From Lepidodermella squamata (taxonomy: Eukaryota > Animalia > Gastrotricha): a stretch of 64,000 bases of DNA. Below, in pieces: positions 1-11,047 of the stretch. How positions within the stretch are numbered: position 1 is the first letter of the stretch; each line of letters starts with the position of its first letter. Both the position numbers and the translations under genes were made by a program. Under the pieces are notes generated by a model. The model did no database searches. It saw only the letters and a list, made by a program, of their open reading frames with translations, and was not told where the DNA came from. The stretch spans positions 930,001 through 994,000 of the forward strand of contig JBLDXI010000028.1 of the NCBI GenBank assembly GCA_047495785.1. The letters are read 5' to 3'.

Positions 1-1461
1 GTTTCTTTCGTTCAAGGCGAACCAAATTGCTATGGCAAGGGGTGATATCAACATGGCGCTGGCAACCAAAAACACAGAGCCACGAATGAAATACAAAACG
101 CTAACATCCACGCCAGAGATAGCCAGCATGGTTGAGTAAAATCGATTAAAAACGACACTGAGAATTATAGTCATTGATATTTCAGCGAAAGCACTGATAG
201 CAAAGACGCCGCCTCGAACCTTCTCACCGGTTAGACGCGACAAAATTGACCGCATCATAGCCGAGTAAAACGGAGAGAAGCTGTGGGCGACGCTAAAGAT
301 CCAAGGGCTATATTTCGGGTAGAAATTGCCGAAACCAATGGCAATATAGCCCGAAATTCTCGAAATTACCCCAACAGTCATCAAAGTTGGTTCGGAAAAT
401 TTGCGACGCAAAAATCGAATCGTTACGAGTAGATTAAAGCCCATCAACGCGCAATCGACTCCCTGAAGAGCCGAGTACAAATAACTTGGCATCGAAATAG
501 GAGAGCTTGTGACAAATTCGTAAAAGGAAGAGTCTAACGAAAGCAGTACACCTGTCGAAATCGTACTCGAAAATATCAAAAGCCAAACTTTGGAGTTAAT
601 CTGCTGCTTTTCGTCATTCGCCTCCTCAGATTTGCCGCAAATTGAGGCTTTTCCCGCAATTTTACCGGGTAAAAATATGTACCTCCATACGGAACCTCTC
701 GCCTCTGCCGCAATTCTTAGTTTAATCTCATTTTCGCTATGCAATTCAGGTAGAATAGCAAAAATGTAACAAATTGCGATTAAATTACAAGAAATTTGTA
801 TCAAAAATACCAAAGCCGGTCCGCTTATTTTCAACAAGGCACTGCTTATCAAGAAGCCAGTAGCTGAACCAATCGTAATACACGCCTCAATTCTAGCCAT
901 TCGAACCGCTCGTTCATCGTCATTTGTTACACGGCTGATGTAAGAAGAGCTAGCCATCACAATAGTGTTCAAATTGCCAGTGAACCCAGTAAATAGGGCG
1001 GATAAGGCTAATATGAGTATTGAATTCGACGAGACAGGTATAAATGTGTACAAAAGTGAAACTGCTGTACTCAACGCCAATCCAATCTGGGGTATTGCCA
1101 ATGGGGCTCGAAAACTCAATCGATCGCAGACATTTCCCAGAAAAATTGTGACAAAAGCACTCGGAATATGGGTCAGCAAATTTGTTAAGGTGGCGTAATT
1201 TGCATATTCCTGCTGCACTTTGACCTCGTACTCACTCAGCGACGCGTCCTTATCAAGATTATCGCAGATTTGTCGTGAATCGAATTTAGCTAAGCAGATC
1301 AAGTTGTAGATGAAACTCTGAGAAGAAGCTCCAAGCATGCCAAGCGATAAATAGAACAAAAACACTGGAATTTCGACAATAGCCAGAGCAGATCCACATT
1401 TGAGCACTGCATGTTTATAGCGGCTACTCGCCGCTGGAACCAACGCGTCTAAATCACTCAT
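1..1461 (-). CDS. SLC46-family (PCFT/HCP1-like) MFS transporter, paralog A; single coding exon, 3' end runs off the window
   Basis: Open frame from ATG 1461 to position 1 (absent from the ORF track because it has no stop): MSDLDALV...FIYNLICLAKFDSRQICDNLD...FLGNVCDRLSFRAPLAIP...SYISRVTNDDERAVRMARIE...MRSILSRLTGEKVRGGVFA. About 12 hydrophobic segments, collinear with the 3585-5177 paralog. Confidence 0.85.
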   Translation of the reverse strand, partial: MSDLDALVPAASSRYKHAVLKCGSALAIVEIPVFLFYLSLGMLGASSQSFIYNLICLAKFDSRQICDNLDKDASLSEYEVKVQQEYANYATLTNLLTHIPSAFVTIFLGNVCDRLSFRAPLAIPQIGLALSTAVSLLYTFIPVSSNSILILALSALFTGFTGNLNTIVMASSSYISRVTNDDERAVRMARIEACITIGSATGFLISSALLKISGPALVFLIQISCNLIAICYIFAILPELHSENEIKLRIAAEARGSVWRYIFLPGKIAGKASICGKSEEANDEKQQINSKVWLLIFSSTISTGVLLSLDSSFYEFVTSSPISMPSYLYSALQGVDCALMGFNLLVTIRFLRRKFSEPTLMTVGVISRISGYIAIGFGNFYPKYSPWIFSVAHSFSPFYSAMMRSILSRLTGEKVRGGVFAISAFAEISMTIILSVVFNRFYSTMLAISGVDVSVLYFIRGSVFLVASAMLISPLAIAIWFALNERN

Positions 1462-1743
1462 TTTTCCAATTACCAACTACGAAATCATCTATAAAAAGAA
1501 CGGCATCATGTTAACAAATAGTTTTAATTTCTTCATTTTGATTTTTCGTTCGTAGCATGTAAAAATATTCAAATTAGCTTGATCAACGGTGTAGAGCACA
1601 CATGAAACTGTGGACAATGACGGTACGCCTATCATTAGAATAGATGCATATAATAGCGAAATTTATCAGATATATTTCTTCTCAGAAGGAGCACGATTAT
1701 ATATAAAGATGAGACGTGACAAAAATGTTTACAGGTATCAACG

Positions 1744-3191
1744 TCATCGGCGTGTTGATCGCAGACATTTAGACATGAAGATACGAGTCCATATGATTCT
1801 GCACAGCAAACGAAAGACTGAGAAAGCCAACGCAAACGACGTCAAGACTAGAGCAGAAAATGACATGGCCAACTGAAAAATAAATAAAACACAAAATTAA
1901 AAACTCAAATTTGACAAGAAATTTCAAAGAAATGGGCGGAAATTTCAATGCAGTATTTATTGAATTTTCAAAATTCTAAATTTTACACGGAAAGAGGCTA
2001 CTTTGAAGGCAGAAATTCAAAAAAGACAAACTAAAACGAGGCCAAATGTCAAACATTGTCCCCACCTGAGAATTTTCGAAATATCGCGCAATTTATGGCG
2101 GCTCAGTATTTCAAACCATCGATATATTTCCCACAAGTTCTCAAATTTCCAAATTAAATAGGTATACTACACGCATACGGGCTTTCAAGAAACCAAAAAT
2201 AAATGCCAGAATTTCATAAAGGATTGCTTCTCTGAATTTGAACTTAACTTTCTGAATAACTACTTTTCTGAAAAATGAAGCCTCATCGAAAAACCGAATT
2301 GGTCACTTCTTTAAAAAACGTCCAAAACTTGGTGCTTTATCTTAACTTTGATTTTTGGATTGGCTTTGAAGTCAATTTTTACCTTACATTTCACATTTTT
2401 CCCGGCAATAAATATTTAGATAAGTATCTGATTACCGAGCATTGATTTCGAAATCTTAGTGATCAAATATAGCTAATGCTAAATTGCACGAGTCGGAAAT
2501 TTACCTGAAAATCAGCATAAACAAATGAACATTGATGAGGCAGCAGGAAAAATTCAGCGATCATGATCGGTGTACATACAGCCGTTGCTGTTTGATGGCA
2601 CGCGTAACAGCCGGCTAGCAGTAGACAACATTGAGCAAGCATATGATTGCGCGCAACTGGGCCACTCGACGGTATCCTCGCCCCCAGCCATATACAGTCA
2701 TGCGGGTGCTGGTAGCCCTCATGTAACGGCTCACCACGAGGCGATACAAGGTCATGACCCCTCGTGGACACGGCTTGAAATGCAAGGTAAGCAGCCGTAG
2801 CGATTAACACGAAAACTATCACATTTTCAATAATGTAAATTTCGCGAAAGGTCATCGCGATGCATTGATAAACGAGATATTGCGTAGTTGTAAAAGCGAG
2901 AAACCACATTCGTAGACATCGTTGAAGTCGCGCGATTCGACTGTTGGAAACATAAGGTGATTCATTCGCCAAACTGGTGTGACATTGAAATAGGCAGTAG
3001 ACAACGAAGAAGACGTGGCATGCTATTGAAAACGCGGTTCCGAACGGTCCAGACGAGGCGATTATTTGCAAAATTACAACGCCACATGTTGTGGATATCG
3101 TATCTCGATCACAGCATTCTTTCAACGATTTTTGAGATGCAAATTTCAAACTGTTTGAATCAGTTTTGACGAGTATTTGAGGCGTTTCCAT
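1744..3191 (-). CDS. ZDHHC23-like palmitoyltransferase homolog with a degenerate DHHC motif; exons 3191-2505 and 1872-1744
   Basis: Multi-TM ORF containing PHDCIWLG...ARNH where DHHCxWx...NH is expected. It continues TATAVCTP...PHQCSFVYADFQ|LAMSFSAL, resembling the ZDHHC23 segment TIC...CPGVYANYSSALSF. Phase-0 GT-AG intron 2504-1873; stop TGA 1744-1746. Confidence 0.6.
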
Positions 3192-3584
3192 ATAATAAAA
3201 ATCACCTATAAGATAAGAAATAAATCAATTTCACTTCAATATTTACTCAATATCATAAAATACTTATAAACTTCAACAAACCAAAGCTGAATTCTACTTC
3301 ATCACCATCGAATTTTAGTTCTTTGGCTCAAATTATATTACCTTGAGAATTTTCGAATGAAATTATTGGAAGATCTGATTTTTCAATGCTCGTTTTGATT
3401 TTTTGCTCATTAAGAAACTTTACCCGAACAAAAATTCCCCATTTGAATTTCATTTTTTGCTAATTTTTCCCCATTTAGCCCAAATTTCAAAGAATAGATC
3501 AGCTCCTGAGTTGTATAAGCAAGTTTCCTACCAGTGGATATCGAGCCTGAATTCGATGATGATAAGAATCTCTTTCTTTAGCTT

Positions 3585-5177
3585 TTAATCTTGAACAACA
3601 AGACTATCGTCATTTGCATTAGATGCTCCACATTTGAAATTAAAACTCCATGACTTGATGTTTTTTCGGCCAAGCCAAATAGCAAAAATAAGCGCAACTA
3701 TGCACATTTCAGCGGCAAAAATGAAAGTAAAACCGTGAAAAAAGTAGGTTGCCCAGTCAGATTCGTAACGAGTCGATACAAAAGTCGCGTATAACGCGTT
3801 GAAGCCGAATGTCGCTAGCATTGATACAATATTATCAAAAATTGTCAGCGCAGAAAATAACCGGCCGTGCTCGGCTTCGTCGGTCAATTTCGACATGCCA
3901 GATCGAATTGTTACGAAAGGATAAAAGTTGAAAATGCTCAGACCACATGATATCCAAGGGGCATACAGCGGGAAAAATCCGCCCAGACTTAGCGTTATCA
4001 GACCTATAGTTCTCGATAACAAGCCAATAATTAGCAGACCAGCATCGGAAAATCCACAACATTGCCTGAAAATCCTCATTCCGATGAATAAAGCTAAAGA
4101 AGCTCCAGCGCCTGAGACGGCATTCAAAATCGCGTAATTACTAGTTGACATTGAGATTGGTTGAAGGGTAAGGAAAGCGTAGTAAGGAGCGCCAGTGGCA
4201 TTAGCAGCCGCCGATGGCAATACAAATATTAATAACATGGTAATCAAATACCGCCGAACACCGCGGTATTTCCGAGAAACGCCGAAAAATATCGAAAAGC
4301 CGTCGATCACATCGAGACGAGGTTTAAAGATAAATTTCAACCAAGATCCATTCTCTTCGTTCTTGACTTTCTCTTTCACTATTCGAAATTTATGCAGCTC
4401 ACGAACCATGAAGAAGACAAAGAAAATGGTGTAGAGGTTAACGGCAATTTGAATTACAAAGGCGAGTAAAGGTCCGCCTTTCTTCAATATTAAAGCACTC
4501 AATAAATAGCCAGTCATAGAGCCAAGAGTGATAGAAACTTCGATCCCAGCAAGGCGAACAGTTCTGCTCTGACCGTCAGTGATTCTACTGATATAAGCTG
4601 CACAGGCCATAATCGAAGTGCTAGCACTACCAGTCAGGCCAGATAATAAAGAAAACGCGCCATAGTAGACAGGGTTCACAATTTGCACGGGTAAATACGC
4701 AAAAACCAAATAGCTTGCGGTAACAGCTGCAAAACCCAGATGAGGAAGAGCTAGAGGGAGCCGGAATGAAAATCGATCAGCCCATGTACCCATAATCAAA
4801 GTAATGATAATAGCTGGAATGGTAGTTGCGAACGTAGCCAATGAAGAAAAGTTAGTAAAATCAGCCTGAACAGCACCTTCCTGAGCGGCCAGAGATGGCT
4901 CAGTGTCAATGTTTGAACAAATTTCAATCGAATTATACTTGAACATGCAGATTTTGTCGTAAATAAATTTCTGCTGAGCCGGAGCGAATATCCCATAGGC
5001 GACGCAGTATAGAAATAACGACAATTCAGGTCCAAAGAATAGTTTTATGGCCTCGTAAATGACCATAAAACGGGAGGGCTTTCTCGAAGACACCACAGTC
5101 GCTTGTACATGGCTTTCATCGGTTTCATTCATTTGCTCATTGTTGACGATTGGTACTTCGTCTTCCATTGTAATCAC
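3585..5177 (-). CDS. SLC46-family (PCFT-like) MFS transporter, paralog B; intronless, ~530 aa
   Basis: 12-TM MFS with a Cys-containing first loop (KICMFKYNSIEICSN), GTWADRFSFRLPL, AYISRIT...RTVRLAGIE and IRSGMSKLTDEAEHGRLFS. First ATG at 5168. Confidence 0.88.
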   Translation of the reverse strand: MITMEDEVPIVNNEQMNETDESHVQATVVSSRKPSRFMVIYEAIKLFFGPELSLFLYCVAYGIFAPAQQKFIYDKICMFKYNSIEICSNIDTEPSLAAQEGAVQADFTNFSSLATFATTIPAIIITLIMGTWADRFSFRLPLALPHLGFAAVTASYLVFAYLPVQIVNPVYYGAFSLLSGLTGSASTSIMACAAYISRITDGQSRTVRLAGIEVSITLGSMTGYLLSALILKKGGPLLAFVIQIAVNLYTIFFVFFMVRELHKFRIVKEKVKNEENGSWLKFIFKPRLDVIDGFSIFFGVSRKYRGVRRYLITMLLIFVLPSAAANATGAPYYAFLTLQPISMSTSNYAILNAVSGAGASLALFIGMRIFRQCCGFSDAGLLIIGLLSRTIGLITLSLGGFFPLYAPWISCGLSIFNFYPFVTIRSGMSKLTDEAEHGRLFSALTIFDNIVSMLATFGFNALYATFVSTRYESDWATYFFHGFTFIFAAEMCIVALIFAIWLGRKNIKSWSFNFKCGASNANDDSLVVQD

Positions 5178-6023
5178 TCACAAATGGCTCACAAAAAGAG
5201 CGACTTTCACGTCATTTAACCAATCTCTGTAGAACCTAAGAAAGGCAAGGAAAATTGCAGGGCAACTAGCAATTAGACAGTTCAAGATGGTTCTTCTGCA
5301 AAACAATAAACAGTAGCGGCATCAGAGGGGCGGGAGGGCGCTGCCCCCCCTAGCGAAAACTGTCATGGTACATTCCTGATACACTCGATATATGATCAAA
5401 ACATCGCGTGACGATGGAAAGAAACTGCCGAACTCGCATCTCACATCTCGGCATCTCGTATTTCCTTCATGAAGCTGCCTATCTGCAGAAGTGATTCCAA
5501 ATTCTAAATTATAGTCAGATGCAGATACTCAGATACTTAGCCTATGTATTTTAAGACCATAGCTCTACTACAAAGGCTAAGTCTTGAAGCCTCTCTCTAA
5601 ACCAAAACAGCTGATGATTGATGATAAAGATCCGTCTTGCAGCCGACTGCCGTCTGCAGTCTTGCACATTGCACAAGGTGCTCCAATATAGTCTTCCGCA
5701 AGAAACAACTAAGAGTCAAGAATGTTTACAAGAGTATAGTGTATGAATCACCGAGATGCGAGAGGATTTACCCCTTATACCTCAAGCCGCAAGCCGCCGC
5801 ATCCCACACCTTCTCTGCTCAACTTCGTCAAATAGCCGAGCAAGACTTGTTTAACATATATTTATCATTTCCATGCGGCAAATATTTAAGAAGAAATGTA
5901 TAATATATTGTTCAAAGTGTTAGCAAAATAAGAACGTATAAAAAATGCTTTGTGTCGAAATCAAAATATTGAAAAGACGCGGGAAAAGGTACAAATGAGA
6001 GAAAATCGCAAAAAGTGAGATGT

Positions 6024-6191
6024 GTGATGAGAGCCTGCATCCCGCACCTGTTCCCCTGTTCCCTAGATCCTATGCACGACGGCAGGAACAAACAGGCGAA
6101 CAAGCTGCTGTTACAGACGGCTTGCTGAGGAAATGCATGGGCATACTTGAAGAGCCGAATGCTGCTCAAGTACAACTGGTTATATCATCAC
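6024..6191. ncRNA. Candidate structured non-coding RNA (multibranch fold) upstream of CCDC12; identity and strand unknown
   Basis: Complementary pairs read from sequence: GTGATGA 6024-30/TCATCAC 6185-91; TGCAT 6036-40/ATGCA 6133-37; CCTGTT 6047-52/AACAGG 6091-96; TGTTCC 6057-62/GGAACA 6085-90; CAAGC 6101-05/GCTTG 6120-24; TACTTGA 6144-50/TCAAGTA 6166-72. Confidence 0.35.
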
Positions 6192-6294
6192 TGTTTCAGT
6201 TCAGTTCAAGGAAACTATACCGTCTTCTTCAACGTCAAAAATTGAGCTTAAAAGCTTCTTTTTAGATTTATTACTATTAATAAGTGATAAAGCC

Positions 6295-6783
6295 ATGACT
6301 GATGTTGAAAGCGAGTTATCAAAGGAAGCGATCCGGCGCAAGGAGCGGTTAGCTGAAATGCGAGCTAGGCTTGCGAAAAAGTCTGAAGGCGCTGACAAAA
6401 ATGAGAGCACGGATGCCTCTGCATTGCCGAAACCTGTATTCCGTAGCTATAAGCCTATCGATGAATCCCTGAAAAATGCCAAACGGGAGAACCCAGAATT
6501 GATCCGCCCGGAAGAGCAAGTGCAGGATCAACTTGCCGCAGCCAAGACCGAAACCTTGGCTAAGGAAGTCGATGTTACTACTCTGGCACCTCGAAAACCT
6601 GATTGGGATTTGAAGCGAGATGTCGCTCCGCTGCTTGATAAATTGGAACGAAGAACTCAACGGGCGATTGCTGAAATTATCCGAGATCGGCTTAAGGCTG
6701 AGAAGTCCTCAGGTGATCGTGATTGGGCTGAGGCTGTCTCAGCTGGAGCTGATGCTGAACGGCGTGCTGTTTATAATTCCTAA
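6295..6783 (+). CDS. CCDC12: Coiled-coil domain-containing protein 12 (Cwf18-like spliceosome factor)
   Basis: EAIRRKERLAEMR, PVFRSYKP and TLAPRKPDWDLKRDVAPLLDKLERRTQRAIAEIIRDRL are the hallmark CCDC12/Cwf18 motifs. Confidence 0.95.
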   Translation: MTDVESELSKEAIRRKERLAEMRARLAKKSEGADKNESTDASALPKPVFRSYKPIDESLKNAKRENPELIRPEEQVQDQLAAAKTETLAKEVDVTTLAPRKPDWDLKRDVAPLLDKLERRTQRAIAEIIRDRLKAEKSSGDRDWAEAVSAGADAERRAVYNS

Positions 6784-6892
6784 AAAAAACCTCATGCAGC
6801 CGAGTGGTCATTAGATTTGTTTTACGAACTGTGTTTTTACTAAAATTGAGTTGTGACCCTTTTCTTTTATTTATTTTAGACGTTTTTACTTC

Positions 6893-9800
6893 ATGTCAGT
6901 TTACCAATTAATCAATGCATTCGCTGATAAATTGGCTAAAAATTGTGAGGCGAGGCAGAGCTGTTCGGGCACAAACTTCTTTTCGAGTGCCATTCCACTG
7001 AAAGATCGCCGCAGAAACACTCGAAAATTAGTTTGGGAACGGCTTCTTCAGCGACCTTCGAAATCACGCCACAGCTCAGGAATAAGCAGCGGATTCGGAG
7101 AGGATCTTGATCAGCCTTTGCTATCAATTTTCTTCGAAGCCTTCATCAACGGATCAATCTCTCATTCGGTCTTCAACAAATGCTTAACGATTACCGAGGC
7201 TTTGACTGAAAGTGATATTTCTCCTCAAGTTATAACATTCGTGTTGGCTCTCCGGCAGCTCAATGCAGAAGTAAATTTGTTCCGTTGTTTTCGTCACATA
7301 ATTGAATAATTTCGAAAATTTAGATCCCGTTATCTGACGTTTGCGAGAAATTCACGCCAAACTGGAGATTTTCTGATAAATCTGTCGAGATAGTTGAGAA
7401 AGAGCCAATGTTCGAATCCTTTTCTCCAAAAATCGACTGGGCAATCGCTAAGAATTTCCCATTGGAAAATGCGTATCGATCTTGGGATTCTGATTCGTTA
7501 GTCGACGAAGACAAGGAGAATAGGCTTGATGTCGAGCTGAAATTCGATTACTGGCACCGCAGCCGTCATTTAGCAGGCTTGAAGTTGGCCTCAGAACAAG
7601 AAATCGAACATTTCCGAACAATATCTTACCCTGAATTTCGCTCTGCATGCATTTCTCTGCTTGTTGGCTGCTCATCGCTTATTTTCGACTATGACCAGGT
7701 TGGTTTTCACATTATTGTTTTACTTGAGATGATTCACGTGATTTTTAGGTGACAAATGAGTTTCGTCTTCGGAAAAATGTGTTTTTATCGGGCCATAGCC
7801 ACGATGCTCTCGAAAATTTAACCGATCATCTAACACCGGTCGCGAGAAGTTTCAAGCAACTTCTCAACCTTGTATCATCTGAGTTCACAAAATCAATTCC
7901 ATCGGCTTCAAAATGGTTTTGCCTCGGTATTGAAAAATTGTTGAACCGATACTTGGAGAGAATCATAGGAATATCGTGCGATTCATTTGACGATTCATGC
8001 CTGATTACGTTGGTCAGAAATTTAGAGGAGACAATTGAAAAAACGGCTGATCTCTGCGCTTTATCGCGAATTTCCGACAAATTACAATCTCAAATCATCC
8101 TGGGCAACCCGTGGTCCCTCATAGGATTTTTGTACCAGGAGGCTCTTTCAATTTCTTGGCGAGCCGATAACGCTCAATTGGATTCGCCATTGATTCTCGA
8201 GCAATTTTTATTCGCGGAAACTGTGAATCCTTTGCTCAATCGCCTATCGAATGCTTCGTTTTTCGGTTTATCGAAATCAAGAGACCAACTCGAATATTTT
8301 GGTTTGGTCATGAAAACCGACTTGTTTTCAAGCCGTGATCTTACGTTTTGGCTTGAAGCGTTCAATCATGATGACGATTTGTTGAAAAGTCACGCCTCGG
8401 AATTCATATCACTGCTTGAAATCTTTATCTCAATCGGAAAGTGTGTTGAATTTCTGAAAATCTGCAAACCTGAGCATTATTTAATTACAATTTTCAACAC
8501 TGCTGGCCAAAATTTGCCAGTTATCAAGTTCTTCCCCGCCAACGAAGCTGACCTTCGAGTGAATTATTTGGCGAAACATCAGTTTTTCGAGCTGGACGTG
8601 GCTGAAATTCGCCAATCATCGCGGCGTTATTCGGAGGAAATCCGAGAACTGATTGTTCGGGCGGTTCTCGATAAAATCGAGGCTATTGCTGCTCAGCTGA
8701 AGAAACGCGACGATTTAATTAAGGTAATTTTTATCAATTTCTTTGCAAATTTGTAGATTTTTCTCTTTTAGGAACAAAAAGTTGAGAAGGAAAAGTTGAA
8801 AATTGAACAAAAATTGAAGTTGCGCGATGAAAGATTGGCCGAAACGGCAGCGCATCGGGCCGCTAAGGCCTCGGCTCGGGAGAAAGAACGCGAATCAGAC
8901 CGAGAAATCGTTCAACGCTTATCTCAAGAGGATTTCATGCGAACTGAACTCGAAAGGCGATTGGCTGAGGAGGAAAAGCGGCGATTGATTGAATACTACG
9001 CCGAACTAGAACGGCAGGCTGACTGGAGGCGGGCGAAAGCTGAATGGCGATCAAAACGAATGATGTTAACTGCAGATCGGTTGAATTTGTTGAATCTCGA
9101 CAAAAATCTGCCGAGCCCGTTGTTCGACGATTCAGAGATTAAGGCGGAAAAAGCGCCTGAAATACGTCGAGAAATCGAGGAAATTGAGGTCAAAATTCCT
9201 GAAATTGTTGTCGAGGAGAGTAAAACGGACGAAAATGACGAGAAACTAGACCATGAAATCGATAGGAGTGTTGAAAATCGGTCGATTTTGAATGTTTCCG
9301 AGGTGAATGAACGAGTTTTAACCCCGGCCGATGAGCCTGTCGCTCCAATAGGAATTCGCTCTCCGAATATTGTCGTTATTCCTAGCCCGGATGGTGGGGA
9401 AGAGGTTGAAATTGTTAGCGGAGTTGAGCTTCTAAATTTCTGCAAATCCCCTGATCTCCAAATCAATGAGACTGAGTCAGTTGAAAATGGCGAAGTGGAA
9501 GAGCCTTTAAAAGATGAGGAAAAGGTTGACGAACCTGTAATTATTGAGAAGCCAAACGAAGAAGAGTTTGAAAATTCGATTCGGCTGTTCAACCCTGACC
9601 GGCCTAAAGCTCTTGAAAAGTTTTATTCCACTCCTAGTTTGAGTTTCGGTCGGAAGTCTCATGAATTCGACAAATTTGTAACGCCAGTAAAAGACCGTAA
9701 AGTTCTGACATTTACCGAACTATTCGATGTTTGCCTTCTCCAGCCAGCTCGATCTTTATCAGCAATTGCCAACCTAGCCGTTGTTGAGTATTTGAAGGGC

Positions 9801-10964
9801 GAACTCGATGTTATTGGCCATTTATCTGCTCTACGTCGATTTCTTCTCATGGACGCCGGAGAGTTCGCTATCGCCATTTCTCTGCCGATTTTTGAAGTTT
9901 TAAACGCGAATAAACAGTCGGAATACAGTTCGAAGCCGCAAAATTTGACTCAGTTCTTTCTAGAAACAACGCTAGGCAACGCAGTTCGATACATTTCCTC
10001 GCCAATTTCGTCGCTGTTAGAGGAGGAAAGAGCGAGATTTGGCTTCGAAAATGTATTATCACTTCAAAATGATTTCACGAAAAAATTGAAATTGACAAAA
10101 ATCGGCGATTTAGACGCCTCAAAAGCGTATTGTTTCGATAACATCGAGCTGTCATATGTTGTTGGATGGCCGTTGAATATCTTACTACCCCCGTCTGACA
10201 TGGCCATTTATTCGCGTGTCTTCTCGTTTTTACTCGAAATCAGCCGAGTTGTGAATGTCCTCGATAGTTGCCTGCAAATTTTAGAGGACTGTCAACAAGT
10301 TGCGAAGAAGCAAGCCAAACTCGTTGATGTATCGCTGCTTTTGACTGCTCTGAGGCGAGCCCATCAAGCCAGGTGTTTGATGAGGTTCTTTTTCTCGTCG
10401 ATTCAAAACTACTTGAGTAGTCACGTTTTACGACCGCTGTGGGAGCAGTTGATGGTCGAAATGGGGAAAGCTCATTCGCTGGACGATCTTCGGAAAGCTC
10501 ATGTTACCTACTTGAAAAATCTAGAAAAAAGGTTAATTTTCCTATAATTTTCGAAAAATTTATGAAATTCAGATTTTTGATAATTTTCGTATTTTTAAAA
10601 AATATTTGAAAAATTTCATTTTTTCAGATGTTTTCTCACTGATTCAACAAAGTCATTCCGAGCTATCCTCGGCCGGCTGATCGAATGTGTTTTGCAGTTC
10701 AATTCTGAAATGAAAACCGTAGCCTCGCTAGTTGTTGGTGGAAGTGGCGCGTTGAAAAAGGCCAATCTTCGCCAAATCGAGACGATAACCGAAGATTTTC
10801 GCTCAAACTCGTGGCATTTTGTGAATGTTGCTTCTGCTCGTGTTGCTCAATTCAACCGACTCGGCTTCCTAGACCGGTTACTGCTTCAGTTGACTTTCAA
10901 CGATTATTACAAGACCGGCGATTCTTCCCTAGAATCTTCATTAGTTAATTTCACTTTCTGCTAA
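6893..10964 (+). CDS. TUBGCP6: Gamma-tubulin complex component 6; exons 6893-7270, 7324-7698, 7749-8723, 8772-10531, 10628-10964
   Basis: GRIP2 motifs LRRFLLMDAGEFA, LSYVVGWPLNILL, YSRVFSFLL, HVTYL and C-terminal LLLQLTFNDYY. Has the GCP6-type coiled-coil plus acidic insert between the GRIP halves. Frame-consistent GT-AG introns. Confidence 0.9.
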
Positions 10965-11047
10965 CAAAAAGGCTCGCACTTTCTCTCAGTCATTTTTCAC
11001 GTTTTATTTGTCAATTTTACATGAAAAAAAAATAAAACGATTTTTTG

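Noticed and set aside
5311-5355. hAT-like terminal fragment (CAGTAGCGGC..GGGGCGGGAGGGCGCTGCCCCCCC)
   Set aside because: No matching second end or target-site duplication was found.
5530-5690. U1 snRNA-like hints (ATACTTAGCCT; ATTGCAC loop at ~5669)
   Set aside because: The 5' end does not match ATACTTACCTG, the spacing is wrong, and there is no 70K loop or Sm site.
5611-6135. Hammerhead or HDV ribozyme cores (CTGATGA at 5611; CTGAGGAAA at 6125; GGCGAA at 6095)
   Set aside because: The required stem II/GAAA or P1-P2 pseudoknot pairings could not be built.
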